Virus record (IMG/VR): IMGVR_UViG_3300017991_000051
Span: 64,001-128,000 of that record
Reading direction: 5' to 3' (one strand)
Length of the DNA: 64,000 nt
DNA from: a virus
Positions 25,894 to 34,822 of this stretch are shown one piece after another (position 1 is the stretch's first letter; every line of letters begins with the position of its first letter). Both the position numbers and the translations under genes were made by a program. The notes below the pieces were generated by a model. It was not told the origin of the DNA and ran no database searches. It saw only the letters and a list, made by a program, of their open reading frames with translations.

Positions 25894-28557
25894 TTAACCA
25901 ACGACCGCGCCCTCAATGGCGTCGACCGCAACTTGTTCTGTCAATGAGACACCGATAGTCTCCTCGAAGTCAGGCCCCGCACCGAGTCTCACTTCCTCGG
26001 TCAGAGGTGTTGTGATCAGGTTATCATCAACGATGATCTCCGTGAAGACGATATACGTCATGGGCGCGGGAAGCGCTTTCCGCAACTCTTCCATCATCTC
26101 CATGCCCAATGCGTTGTCACCCTCCAGACCAGCCTTCATGGTGACAATCAGAAGATTATAGCTGAGAATGCTTCGGAGTACAAACAACATCGGGTTGATC
26201 TTCTCCGGCAGATTGGCAGCCGTTGGGTCCCAACGAGCATCCGGATTCGCATGGTCGCTCCAGTCCAACAAGCGTTTGAAGGACGATCGCTGGTCCAGAT
26301 AGTTGGCGAGGGTGTACCACTGATCGAGGCCACGCTCGTGCACGTAGTCCCAGAACAGCTCGACGTCCCCCGGATAACCCCCAACCTCGAAGCGTACGAC
26401 CGCACGGCCTTCCTCCTCCCCCACGTACTCCACGTCCACGAGCTTGTTGGGGAAGTAGAGTGATCCGCTGTAGCCCTCGCCGCCCAACAGGCCTGGGCTC
26501 AGGCTGATACCGTCGATACCCACAGGCTGCAACAGGTGTCCGGGGATGGGCACCAACGGCGGCCGGTTTTCAATGATGGCCGTGAACTTAACATTGCTGA
26601 GGATCCAGCACGGCGTTGGATAGGTAACAAACTTCTGAACCTCCCACGGAGTAGTCCCCGGCGGTGTCACCAAGCTGCCAGGCGCTGGGTAACCGAACTC
26701 CGCCTGGAACTCCGCTTCCGTGAACGGACCACCCTTGAATATGGGGTAGGTTCCGGGCGTCGATTCCGGCTCCCACTCCTGCGTTTCCGCGTTGAAGCGA
26801 GGTTCCGTCCGAATCTGATCCACGGCCATGGGGTCAACCGCGCACCATTTGGTTTCCGGCAGACCGTTGACGCGGAAGAAGATCTGGCCCCTGTCACCGA
26901 ACTCGTCCACCGTGAACTCAAAATGATAGGCGGCATTGACCTCACTGTTCGCCCCGAAAGCACGCCAGCGGATGCCGTCATTCAGCTCGCTGACTGCCGC
27001 GCCGGTATGCCGCGGGTTGTTCCCCCCGATCTCGTCTGGATAGGCCTGCGTTGCGCCAGCCACGTTGCTGAAGTTAGTCCGGAACAGGACTTGCTCCTCC
27101 ACCCTCCCCGGCTCGAAGTGGACGATCTCGAAGACGATATTGTCCTCGTTACCCCGCCAGTCCCCGACGATAATGAGATCGAACTCTATCTTCAACCCGA
27201 GACTCAGTGTGACATGCTGCTCCTCGAACGAAGCTGGTATGTCGTCCTCACCAACGAGTGTGTAGGATCCAACCCCGATGAGCCCCTTCGCACCCGTGTT
27301 ACCGTAGCACGCATACGACAGATCCAACGGGTTGGAGATGCTGAATAGGTAGTTACGCGGGTTATCGTAATCGAATGTCCCGTCCGCGAAGTAGTCGCTC
27401 CATGGCCGGCCATCAAGGTAAAGCGGTTTGATGGTATTTCTCAACTGGTACTCTGTGGTGACCGATGGCCTATAGTTCGGATCAACACCCTTCGTGGGCC
27501 CGTCCTCGGTACGTGTTATGTACGGTTTGGAGTTGATATCCGGATATGCCGACGGCTGCAGATTACCGTCGCCATCCACGAAGTATTCGGTGATCCCGTC
27601 CGGCACGTTCTTCGGGTCGATGACGTCGAAGGTATCGACCAGCCGATCATCGCGGTTGACCGTATCGCCTACGGCAACTATCGGCGTCGAGTTGAGATGA
27701 TAGGTGTACACGTTCTGATCCGTCACAATCTGCAGTTTACGGCCCTCGAGGATCGCCTCCACGGTCTCCGTCCCGCGTGCGACAGGAACATCCATTACGG
27801 CGGCGATCGTGCGCTGGAGACCATTCTGGAACGATGTGCGGGTATGCATGTCCCAGATGGCGTTGACGTAGTCGCGGTAGGGCTCACTCGAATCCGCCTT
27901 CGTCCCCAACACGTACCCGAAGTGGTTCCATATGTACTCGTAGTCCACGCTGCAAGAGAAAGCCCAGAGCAATGCCTCGTAGTCCTGCTCACCGTCGGAG
28001 TTGATAATGGAGCGGACGGCGATCCGCTCATCGTTGAATACGTCGATTGTGAAGAATATGATCCCCTGCTCAACATCCACGCCGAAGTCCACACCCTCCA
28101 CGAGCACCAAGCTCGGGTTCGTCAGCCGGTTGCAGATCAACTTGATATGCTTCACATCCGTCGGGAGCGGGAACGCATAGTTGTTATCATCGATCAGGGA
28201 GTCACCGTACTGGAATATCTGGTTGTACGGCGGGTTGAGTGCCTCCTCCCCGTACAGTGCGCGCCGCGGCCCGTACTGGAGGGGCACCGCCGCCATGTCG
28301 CTGGTAACGCCTTGCTGCAGGTAGAGAGGCTTCCACAGCTCCGTATGATATACCGGCACCGTGAATCGGGAGACGACGTCACGCATCTCGTTCGCATCCT
28401 GCGTGGCCTGCTCGAAGAGCATCGCCCGCCCTTGGAACAACCCGTCGACAACCGCTCGATCGTTGAATCGTTCGGACCAGAACGACCCGAGTGTGGCCGT
28501 CATCTGCGCCGGCTGATCCAGATCACCGCGAGGAAATACTGGAAGCACTGTACTCAT
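25894..28557 (-). CDS. putative baseplate wedge protein
   Basis: Directly after the J-like gene; FGYVLG...YRDYVNAIW...LQRTIAAVMDVP wedge-like region. Confidence 0.65.
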   Translation of the reverse strand: MSTVLPVFPRGDLDQPAQMTATLGSFWSERFNDRAVVDGLFQGRAMLFEQATQDANEMRDVVSRFTVPVYHTELWKPLYLQQGVTSDMAAVPLQYGPRRALYGEEALNPPYNQIFQYGDSLIDDNNYAFPLPTDVKHIKLICNRLTNPSLVLVEGVDFGVDVEQGIIFFTIDVFNDERIAVRSIINSDGEQDYEALLWAFSCSVDYEYIWNHFGYVLGTKADSSEPYRDYVNAIWDMHTRTSFQNGLQRTIAAVMDVPVARGTETVEAILEGRKLQIVTDQNVYTYHLNSTPIVAVGDTVNRDDRLVDTFDVIDPKNVPDGITEYFVDGDGNLQPSAYPDINSKPYITRTEDGPTKGVDPNYRPSVTTEYQLRNTIKPLYLDGRPWSDYFADGTFDYDNPRNYLFSISNPLDLSYACYGNTGAKGLIGVGSYTLVGEDDIPASFEEQHVTLSLGLKIEFDLIIVGDWRGNEDNIVFEIVHFEPGRVEEQVLFRTNFSNVAGATQAYPDEIGGNNPRHTGAAVSELNDGIRWRAFGANSEVNAAYHFEFTVDEFGDRGQIFFRVNGLPETKWCAVDPMAVDQIRTEPRFNAETQEWEPESTPGTYPIFKGGPFTEAEFQAEFGYPAPGSLVTPPGTTPWEVQKFVTYPTPCWILSNVKFTAIIENRPPLVPIPGHLLQPVGIDGISLSPGLLGGEGYSGSLYFPNKLVDVEYVGEEEGRAVVRFEVGGYPGDVELFWDYVHERGLDQWYTLANYLDQRSSFKRLLDWSDHANPDARWDPTAANLPEKINPMLFVLRSILSYNLLIVTMKAGLEGDNALGMEMMEELRKALPAPMTYIVFTEIIVDDNLITTPLTEEVRLGAGPDFEETIGVSLTEQVAVDAIEGAVVG

Positions 28558-28570
28558 AAGTCACTCTTCC

Positions 28571-30364
28571 TTATACGTTTATAGTCGAAACCGGTGTCAG
28601 CGTCAGAAAGATGTCGTCGGTCGAGAGATAGTACGCAACCGTCCGTCGCGACACGCTGAGCGATGGATCATCCGTAATCACCAGCTCGGACTGGCTCTCC
28701 AAACTCTCCGTGGTGCCGTCCGGCTTGAGTACCGAGCCCCGCATCGTCAGCGGCAGTACAGCGTACCCGTTGTTGCCCAGCAGATCCGCCACCGCGTCCA
28801 CGATGGTTGCCGCCGGCAACGACGGTGCCGTAAACCTCACCGCGTTCACCGCGTTGGCAATAGCGGTCTTGACCGACGTCTCAGTCGGTGCCGTCTGTGT
28901 CGCTGGGTACGCCACCTCGACATCGATCGATACGAAACACGGGATCGCCGCGCGCACCAAGTAGTCGGCGGCCGGCGATCGACGCGACCGCGAGTTCACA
29001 AAGTTCTGGATGTCGACGATGCTAGGAATGTAGCTCATGTAGAGGTCATAGAAGCGGTAGCCGTTCGTCAGGTAGGTGTCGATCGTAACATCGCCCTCAC
29101 TGACCGGAATAGCGGTCAGGACGCCGTCAATGTACACGCTGACGGTATCGAGGCCGCGCACTGCCGCAAGTATACGCTCACGATGATCAGGCTGAGACTC
29201 CGCATCCTGCACGTTGACCGTCGCGCTCCCTTGGTAGGCGCTGAACGTCGCTTCCGACGGCTCGTTGATCGTCGGCTCGAACTCCGCGTCCGGCGGGCTA
29301 TAGATTCCCCGCTCGCCCGTCTCCAGCAGCGTCAGGTTGATCGTGGTCTCCGACGCGGGATCCATCGGCGCCGCGCGTTCGAAGCGGTAGAACGCCGGCA
29401 ACACCGTCGGCGAGATTGAGAACTGGGTGGTCACATCCATCGAACTGTAGGGAATTGTCGCCTCCGCATCCCGCACGGACATCGGCAGCGCGGCCACGGA
29501 TATCTTCGTCGTGTAGGGGGCGGCCGCCGTCCGCACGTAGATATCACCCTTTCCGCCGCAGCTGATCCCGAATATGTTGTTCCGGTCACGACGCATCTCC
29601 TCATCCCCGAAACCGATGATGCTCAGGTCGATAATGGACGCGAAATTCGTGCGAAGCATGGACTCGATGGATACGCGGTCGGCCGTTGCCTGCGCGGCAA
29701 TACCATCATCTAGACGGGATACCAAGTCCGCGTTGCTCTCCTCGACCGTACCCGCCTGGAAGTCGGAAACGGCGTAGGCCTCGACGAAGCCTGTTGGCTC
29801 CGGGGAGGCGGTGAATATGGCTCCTTGGTCGACGCGGCTTCCGCTGTCCACCTGCTCCACGACCGTGATGGTGAACCAGTAGTTACCATCCGGACGTTGC
29901 TGGATCGCCCGCTCGTTATCGGCAGTGATCAGGCTGGCATTGATCAACCCCACGTAATCTTGGTTGGGCACGAACGTACGGTCGTTGTTTGTAAACACCG
30001 TCGTCGCCGGCACTTGCGTGGTCGCCAGCGAGGATATAACGATCGCCATCTCGCCTGTCGCAGCGGTTGCGGCCGTGCGGGTGATAAAGTAGTTGCTCAT
30101 CAAGGAGTCAACGATATCTTCGTCGGCCAGTGTCGGATCATCATTGATCTCCTGCAGCGACATACTTCGGCGCATGGCGTCGACTTCGTCACGGTTCATC
30201 GTGTCGAACAGCGCGTTCGGGTACATCAACAGCTGTTGGAGAATACCACCTTTGCCAAGGTCCAGCTCCGGAAACAGTTCGGACAGCAACGTCGTGAGCA
30301 GTTGTTCCCGCTCCTCAACGGTAGCTTGATCCAGTTCGCTCAAATCAGTTGTATTGATGGTCAT
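28571..30364 (-). CDS. baseplate J-like wedge protein
   Basis: DSLMSNYFITRTAATAATG and AGTVEESNADLVSR are Baseplate_J motifs. Confidence 0.8.
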   Translation of the reverse strand: MTINTTDLSELDQATVEEREQLLTTLLSELFPELDLGKGGILQQLLMYPNALFDTMNRDEVDAMRRSMSLQEINDDPTLADEDIVDSLMSNYFITRTAATAATGEMAIVISSLATTQVPATTVFTNNDRTFVPNQDYVGLINASLITADNERAIQQRPDGNYWFTITVVEQVDSGSRVDQGAIFTASPEPTGFVEAYAVSDFQAGTVEESNADLVSRLDDGIAAQATADRVSIESMLRTNFASIIDLSIIGFGDEEMRRDRNNIFGISCGGKGDIYVRTAAAPYTTKISVAALPMSVRDAEATIPYSSMDVTTQFSISPTVLPAFYRFERAAPMDPASETTINLTLLETGERGIYSPPDAEFEPTINEPSEATFSAYQGSATVNVQDAESQPDHRERILAAVRGLDTVSVYIDGVLTAIPVSEGDVTIDTYLTNGYRFYDLYMSYIPSIVDIQNFVNSRSRRSPAADYLVRAAIPCFVSIDVEVAYPATQTAPTETSVKTAIANAVNAVRFTAPSLPAATIVDAVADLLGNNGYAVLPLTMRGSVLKPDGTTESLESQSELVITDDPSLSVSRRTVAYYLSTDDIFLTLTPVSTINV

Positions 30365-30365
30365 C

Positions 30366-30791
30366 TTATCCCTCCACATTCTTTGTCGGCAGGACGATCG
30401 TACGCGACGTACCGTCCCGAGTTGTCAGCAGTACTTCCAATCGCAGACCCGGAGGGTCCAGTGTGAAATTGCTCAGTACGGCGGATACGAGGACCTCATC
30501 GTCCGGCTCGTCGCCCGTCAGCTGCGTTGCCATATACTGCAGCACGGCGTCCGCCGCTTCGTTGAAATAGGTCGTTACGTCCATCTCCGTGCGGACGATA
30601 CCATTCTTCAGTACAGTAATGAATTCCGTACCAAAATCAAGCTCGTATTCCTGCGTACCCACCTCCATGAGGAAGGCGAGTGCGAACTTCTGAGACACCT
30701 TCAGAGGCCCGGTAACCGCATACGTTATGTTCCCAAAGCCGGAGAGTGCCACGTTGCCCTCGAACAGCCCTATGTCGTATGTTGTGCTCAT
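30366..30791 (-). CDS. gp25-like baseplate wedge/sheath initiator
   Basis: KVSQKFALAFLMEVGT...DFGT; 141 aa, directly before J. Confidence 0.7.
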   Translation of the reverse strand: MSTTYDIGLFEGNVALSGFGNITYAVTGPLKVSQKFALAFLMEVGTQEYELDFGTEFITVLKNGIVRTEMDVTTYFNEAADAVLQYMATQLTGDEPDDEVLVSAVLSNFTLDPPGLRLEVLLTTRDGTSRTIVLPTKNVEG

Positions 30792-31240
30792 CTTGATAGA
30801 TCCAGTTGCATCAGTTCAATGTCCGCATCCGCCAGCGATTTCCGCCGGGAGAGCGCGGCTCCAATGTGCCTTATTCTCGAGCTGTACCGAAGGATCATCG
30901 CCTGCTGCATGGACGACAGGGCATCGCTCTGCCGTTTGGCACGCATAGCCACCCCCGCAGCCTCCTTCTTGTCTACAGCATCCTTGTATACCTTCCCCAC
31001 CGCCTCACGATCGAACAGCGGATAGATCGCATCGAAGTCCAGTATGTCCGGATCGTCCGTCTTCGTCACCGCGGGAATGGTGTCATCCTCGGCATCCGAT
31101 GGCGGCGCACTGTTATCCACGCCGCCGGTGGAGAATTTCTCCCAGATCCCGCCGGATTTGTTGAGCAGCTGCCCCTCGATGTAGCGGGCCATGACCCGCA
31201 GATCCGTGAGGCGCTTTAGCAGTGTGGCGTCGTTGCTCAT
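30788..31240 (-). CDS. hypothetical protein
   Basis: ATGA-coupled on both sides. Confidence 0.65.
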   Translation of the reverse strand: MSNDATLLKRLTDLRVMARYIEGQLLNKSGGIWEKFSTGGVDNSAPPSDAEDDTIPAVTKTDDPDILDFDAIYPLFDREAVGKVYKDAVDKKEAAGVAMRAKRQSDALSSMQQAMILRYSSRIRHIGAALSRRKSLADADIELMQLDLSR

Positions 31241-31968
31241 AGTATCTCGTACTCCATACCCTCGGACACGCGGGCGGATAGCCGGCGCGCACGCTGCGTG
31301 ATAGCCGGTATGCTTATGCCCAGCTTGGTTGCCATCTGCGTCTTGCTTATCCGCGGCTGCCCGTGCATTCCGAGCGACCAGTCCAAGATCTTCTTATCGA
31401 TCGGATCCAGCTCGGCGTACAGGGCGTCTAACCACAACCGCTCCGACTCGTTGCCGCGCGTTGCCGGCACGTCACGGACACCGATGTCGCTCTCGAAAGC
31501 CTGCTCCGTCACCGTCGGTATCGCATACCGGCGGCGGATACTGTTGATCCGTCGTACTGATAGCCCTGACTTGTCCGCCAACTCCGGCGGCGTCGGCTCC
31601 CGGCCCAGCTCGTGTACAAGGTCGTGCTCTATCCGCTGCAGGGAGCGAAGGTCCAGTGCCGCCTGCTCAGGGATCGGGATCGCATGCTGCTGCTTCGGCC
31701 CGAACCGCTGGATGCGTTTCAACTCGTTGAACACGAATGTGTTAAGCTTGGCCCGCTTCGGATCATAACGGGGTAACGCTTTGATGACATGCAGTTGCGC
31801 CGTCGTCCTCATGTTCGGATCATCGGCGTACCCGTAGGTCCTCAGCGCGCTGTCAATAGTCGGACGCAGCGACGAGACCAGTGGCGTCAGCGTCCCAGGG
31901 TTTGGAGATGCCTTCCACTGCTTGTACAGCTGTGTCGGATCCGGTTGATTATCAGGATTGGGTTTCAT
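31237..31968 (-). CDS. phage-encoded sigma70-family RNA polymerase sigma factor (FliA/SigF-like)
   Basis: Region 2 KALPRYDPKRAKLNTFVFNEL, region 3 ELGREPTPPELADKSGLS, region 4 KTQMATKLGISIPAITQR. Confidence 0.85.
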   Translation of the reverse strand: MKPNPDNQPDPTQLYKQWKASPNPGTLTPLVSSLRPTIDSALRTYGYADDPNMRTTAQLHVIKALPRYDPKRAKLNTFVFNELKRIQRFGPKQQHAIPIPEQAALDLRSLQRIEHDLVHELGREPTPPELADKSGLSVRRINSIRRRYAIPTVTEQAFESDIGVRDVPATRGNESERLWLDALYAELDPIDKKILDWSLGMHGQPRISKTQMATKLGISIPAITQRARRLSARVSEGMEYEIL

Positions 31969-33580
31969 CTGTATCCACGTTCTCAATCGTTGGCGCCGCA
32001 AGCAAATCGGATGACGCGAGCAGTGTCGTATACAGTGGATTGCTCGCCACTCCTCCCTTGCTGTCCTCCGCACTCCGGAGATGCGTCAGTCGGTATGATG
32101 TCATCGCCAGCGAGCGCTGAATGTTTATGTCTATAGTAACACCAGTTACGTGTCCACACACGACTTTTCTTGCCGTCGTCATATCCGGGATCTCGATGCC
32201 GATATTGGTACCGACGCCGACGTCGAACCGGAGCGGGCCTTGTAATGTCCCAGTATTGTAACGGTACTGACGATCTAATAGTACCATTTGCGCAAAATTC
32301 CTCCCTAACGCAGCAACGCTATCACTTTCACGTTCGCGCTGCGTAGCAACGCTCTCGAGTACACGTCTCTCCTCTGCCGTCGGTACCCTACCACGACTAC
32401 GAATTGAAACATCGGTATAGGTTCCAGCATCATTCTTTATGGGGCTTCGTAGCCATTGAGGCAACGGCATGGCATCGACCATACCTACCTCATCTGTCTC
32501 AACAAAGTATGCAGATTTCAGAACGGTAGCCTTAACATCAGGCCTTGAGTCCATTGTATCCTCGTCGTAAAGAACAAGGCCTATGATGCGTTTACGGACT
32601 TGATCGCTCATTCGCAAGTAAACATACTCGTCGCTACTCAGAACGTTGCTAACGTTGTCAAGCACGGGCGCCCATGGCACAAATGCCGCATAGTCAACCG
32701 TGGGTACTATGGCATATAGAAACTGTCCTGCCAGCTTGACATATGAATCCCACAAAACACCGCCTGCAAATACCATGACGAACGCATTGACAAACGCCTT
32801 AGCTACGCCGCCCGCAACCGATCCGGACATTTCGAACGCAAGTTTCAACGATGCGGATATCTTTGAGAAAACTGATTTGGCCGCCTCGTTGGATAATTCC
32901 GTTTTGCCAATCTCGCCAGACGCCAGCTGGTTTGACATCGTACTTATCATGCTGCCTAAGTCTGAAGTCGCAATCTCCTCTACTTCAGCGTAGTACCCGT
33001 CCAAACTAAACGTCGGTTTGTCATTCCCTACTAAGCTTCGTTGCGTAATAGGGTTCTCAACATCCCATAAGGCCAACGGGGTCCTAGAATCCGACAATGC
33101 AGATGTCGCACGTAACGTGTCCAACCAGTGAACAACCATCACCATCACCCCGACTTGGTTAGGCGCGCGCGATGTCGAGATGCCGGATGTGTATCCGTCA
33201 AACACTTTGTAGCGGGTACCGTTGATGCGAATGTACACCTGTACCGCGCGGCGAACCTTCAACTCGGCAGTGGACGTACCGGCACCCACCTTCTTGCTCG
33301 TCACCTCACGGCCCACGGCAAGCGTTATAGATCCCCTCGGCACTTGGTTGATGTCGAAGTTCAGGTTCATACCGATGATGTCTATAGTGCCCAAGCCGTC
33401 AAGTACGGCCCACGCCTCGACCTCATAGTACGAGTAGTCACCGGTACCGCGTATAGGCGCCGTAGTACCGATATCGAGCTGGCTCGGCGTCGATCCGCGC
33501 AGGTCTATCTCCGCCGGATTGCGTTCCTCGATCTCGATAACGCCTTCCGGTGTATCCCCTATTCTGACTACCTCACTCAT
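31952..33580 (-). CDS. putative baseplate hub (gp27/GpD-like)
   Basis: KVFDGYTSG; C-terminal GTLQGPLRFDVGVGTNIGI...GHVTGVTIDI hub-like pattern. Confidence 0.6.
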   Translation of the reverse strand: MSEVVRIGDTPEGVIEIEERNPAEIDLRGSTPSQLDIGTTAPIRGTGDYSYYEVEAWAVLDGLGTIDIIGMNLNFDINQVPRGSITLAVGREVTSKKVGAGTSTAELKVRRAVQVYIRINGTRYKVFDGYTSGISTSRAPNQVGVMVMVVHWLDTLRATSALSDSRTPLALWDVENPITQRSLVGNDKPTFSLDGYYAEVEEIATSDLGSMISTMSNQLASGEIGKTELSNEAAKSVFSKISASLKLAFEMSGSVAGGVAKAFVNAFVMVFAGGVLWDSYVKLAGQFLYAIVPTVDYAAFVPWAPVLDNVSNVLSSDEYVYLRMSDQVRKRIIGLVLYDEDTMDSRPDVKATVLKSAYFVETDEVGMVDAMPLPQWLRSPIKNDAGTYTDVSIRSRGRVPTAEERRVLESVATQRERESDSVAALGRNFAQMVLLDRQYRYNTGTLQGPLRFDVGVGTNIGIEIPDMTTARKVVCGHVTGVTIDINIQRSLAMTSYRLTHLRSAEDSKGGVASNPLYTTLLASSDLLAAPTIENVDTDETQS

Positions 33581-34341
33581 TACTCAACTCTCAACGCATC
33601 CAGTGCGTAAATGAACGCGAGCAGCCACCCGCTCAGCTGGTACGGCAACGCGTAGTGCTTCCTTGCCAGATTGTAGAACGTAAGCTGCGGCTCCTGCTTA
33701 GGAGACGATCCGAATATGGTTGTCTGCGTAGTTCGCGGAAGTGTCCGGAGGGACGCCAGTACCGCACCGATATCCGGCTGCGGCCGCGACTTGTAATCGA
33801 TGAACCACTCGGTGCCGGCGGCCGGCGACGTATCCGCGAACGCGATCGCCAAGTCCGTACGGGGGAGCTTCTTCACCTCGTCCCAATCGTACTCGACAAT
33901 CCACCCGTCATTCTGGTTCTCGATGAGGACCCGATCGGCCGCGGACATGAGCACGCGCCACCGCGTATTGACACGACCGGACATTCCTTCGTCATCCCAC
34001 GTACCCGTGACGCTTATGTCGGATGGGCCGGTTACGATAGGGCCGTATATTCCCTCGGAGAGGATATTGATGTTGTTCGTATCGTAGGTGATGCGCGGAT
34101 CCAGCGCCGTAACATACGCCTCGTACTCCGTCGAGTGCAGGACCGCCATGTACTGCGCGGCCCTGTAGACGACGCCTTCATAGTCCGGCGCGCCCCCAAA
34201 TAGTGTATCCCACAGTACACGCAACGGCGCCGACAGTGTCAACGTCTCGTATTCCGGAATGTACACGTCCCCTGGGATGTCCGTCTGCTCGTTATGCGGA
34301 CCGTTCTGGTTTATCAGTACTGTACGTGCATGGTTTATCAT
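33580..34341 (-). CDS. putative baseplate protein
   Basis: Position between the tube-initiator and hub genes. Confidence 0.55.
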   Translation of the reverse strand: MINHARTVLINQNGPHNEQTDIPGDVYIPEYETLTLSAPLRVLWDTLFGGAPDYEGVVYRAAQYMAVLHSTEYEAYVTALDPRITYDTNNINILSEGIYGPIVTGPSDISVTGTWDDEGMSGRVNTRWRVLMSAADRVLIENQNDGWIVEYDWDEVKKLPRTDLAIAFADTSPAAGTEWFIDYKSRPQPDIGAVLASLRTLPRTTQTTIFGSSPKQEPQLTFYNLARKHYALPYQLSGWLLAFIYALDALRVE

Positions 34342-34351
34342 CGTCCGCTCC

Positions 34352-34813
34352 TTACCACATCTCCGGCATCGTCGACAGTATCAGTGTGAAACCGATAACG
34401 CCGCGCGCCGGATCCTGAAATGTCGACCGGATACTGCGCAGGAATCCGCTTATCTTCTCCTGCCCCAGCGTAACCGTCAGCGGATCAGACCGTCGCGACA
34501 CGCTGTTATCCTTGTAGTAGTTCAGTATCGCCTTGATGCCCGTCTGTCCGATTACGACTGGGTCGCACAGCCGGTAGAAGGCAACACCGCTGATCTCTAC
34601 CGTACCCATACGCTCGCCGAAGGAGTACACGTAGATCATCTTCCGGAGCGACTGCATGAACTGCACATTAGCGTCCTGCCCGAAACCCACGGAGGTTATC
34701 GCAAGCGTGGATGACCGTGTGAGTCCTGGCACGTTGATCACCGCCGGCGTTGACGCGCCGGGTATTGTGTACACCCGACTTCCTGTCCCCGGTGCTGTTC
34801 CAAAAATAGCCAT
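34352..34813 (-). CDS. tail tube initiator / tube-like baseplate protein
   Basis: Directly after the tape measure; YVYSFGERMGTVEISG tube-fold pattern. Confidence 0.6.
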   Translation of the reverse strand: MAIFGTAPGTGSRVYTIPGASTPAVINVPGLTRSSTLAITSVGFGQDANVQFMQSLRKMIYVYSFGERMGTVEISGVAFYRLCDPVVIGQTGIKAILNYYKDNSVSRRSDPLTVTLGQEKISGFLRSIRSTFQDPARGVIGFTLILSTMPEMW

Positions 34814-34822
34814 TTTTCTCTC

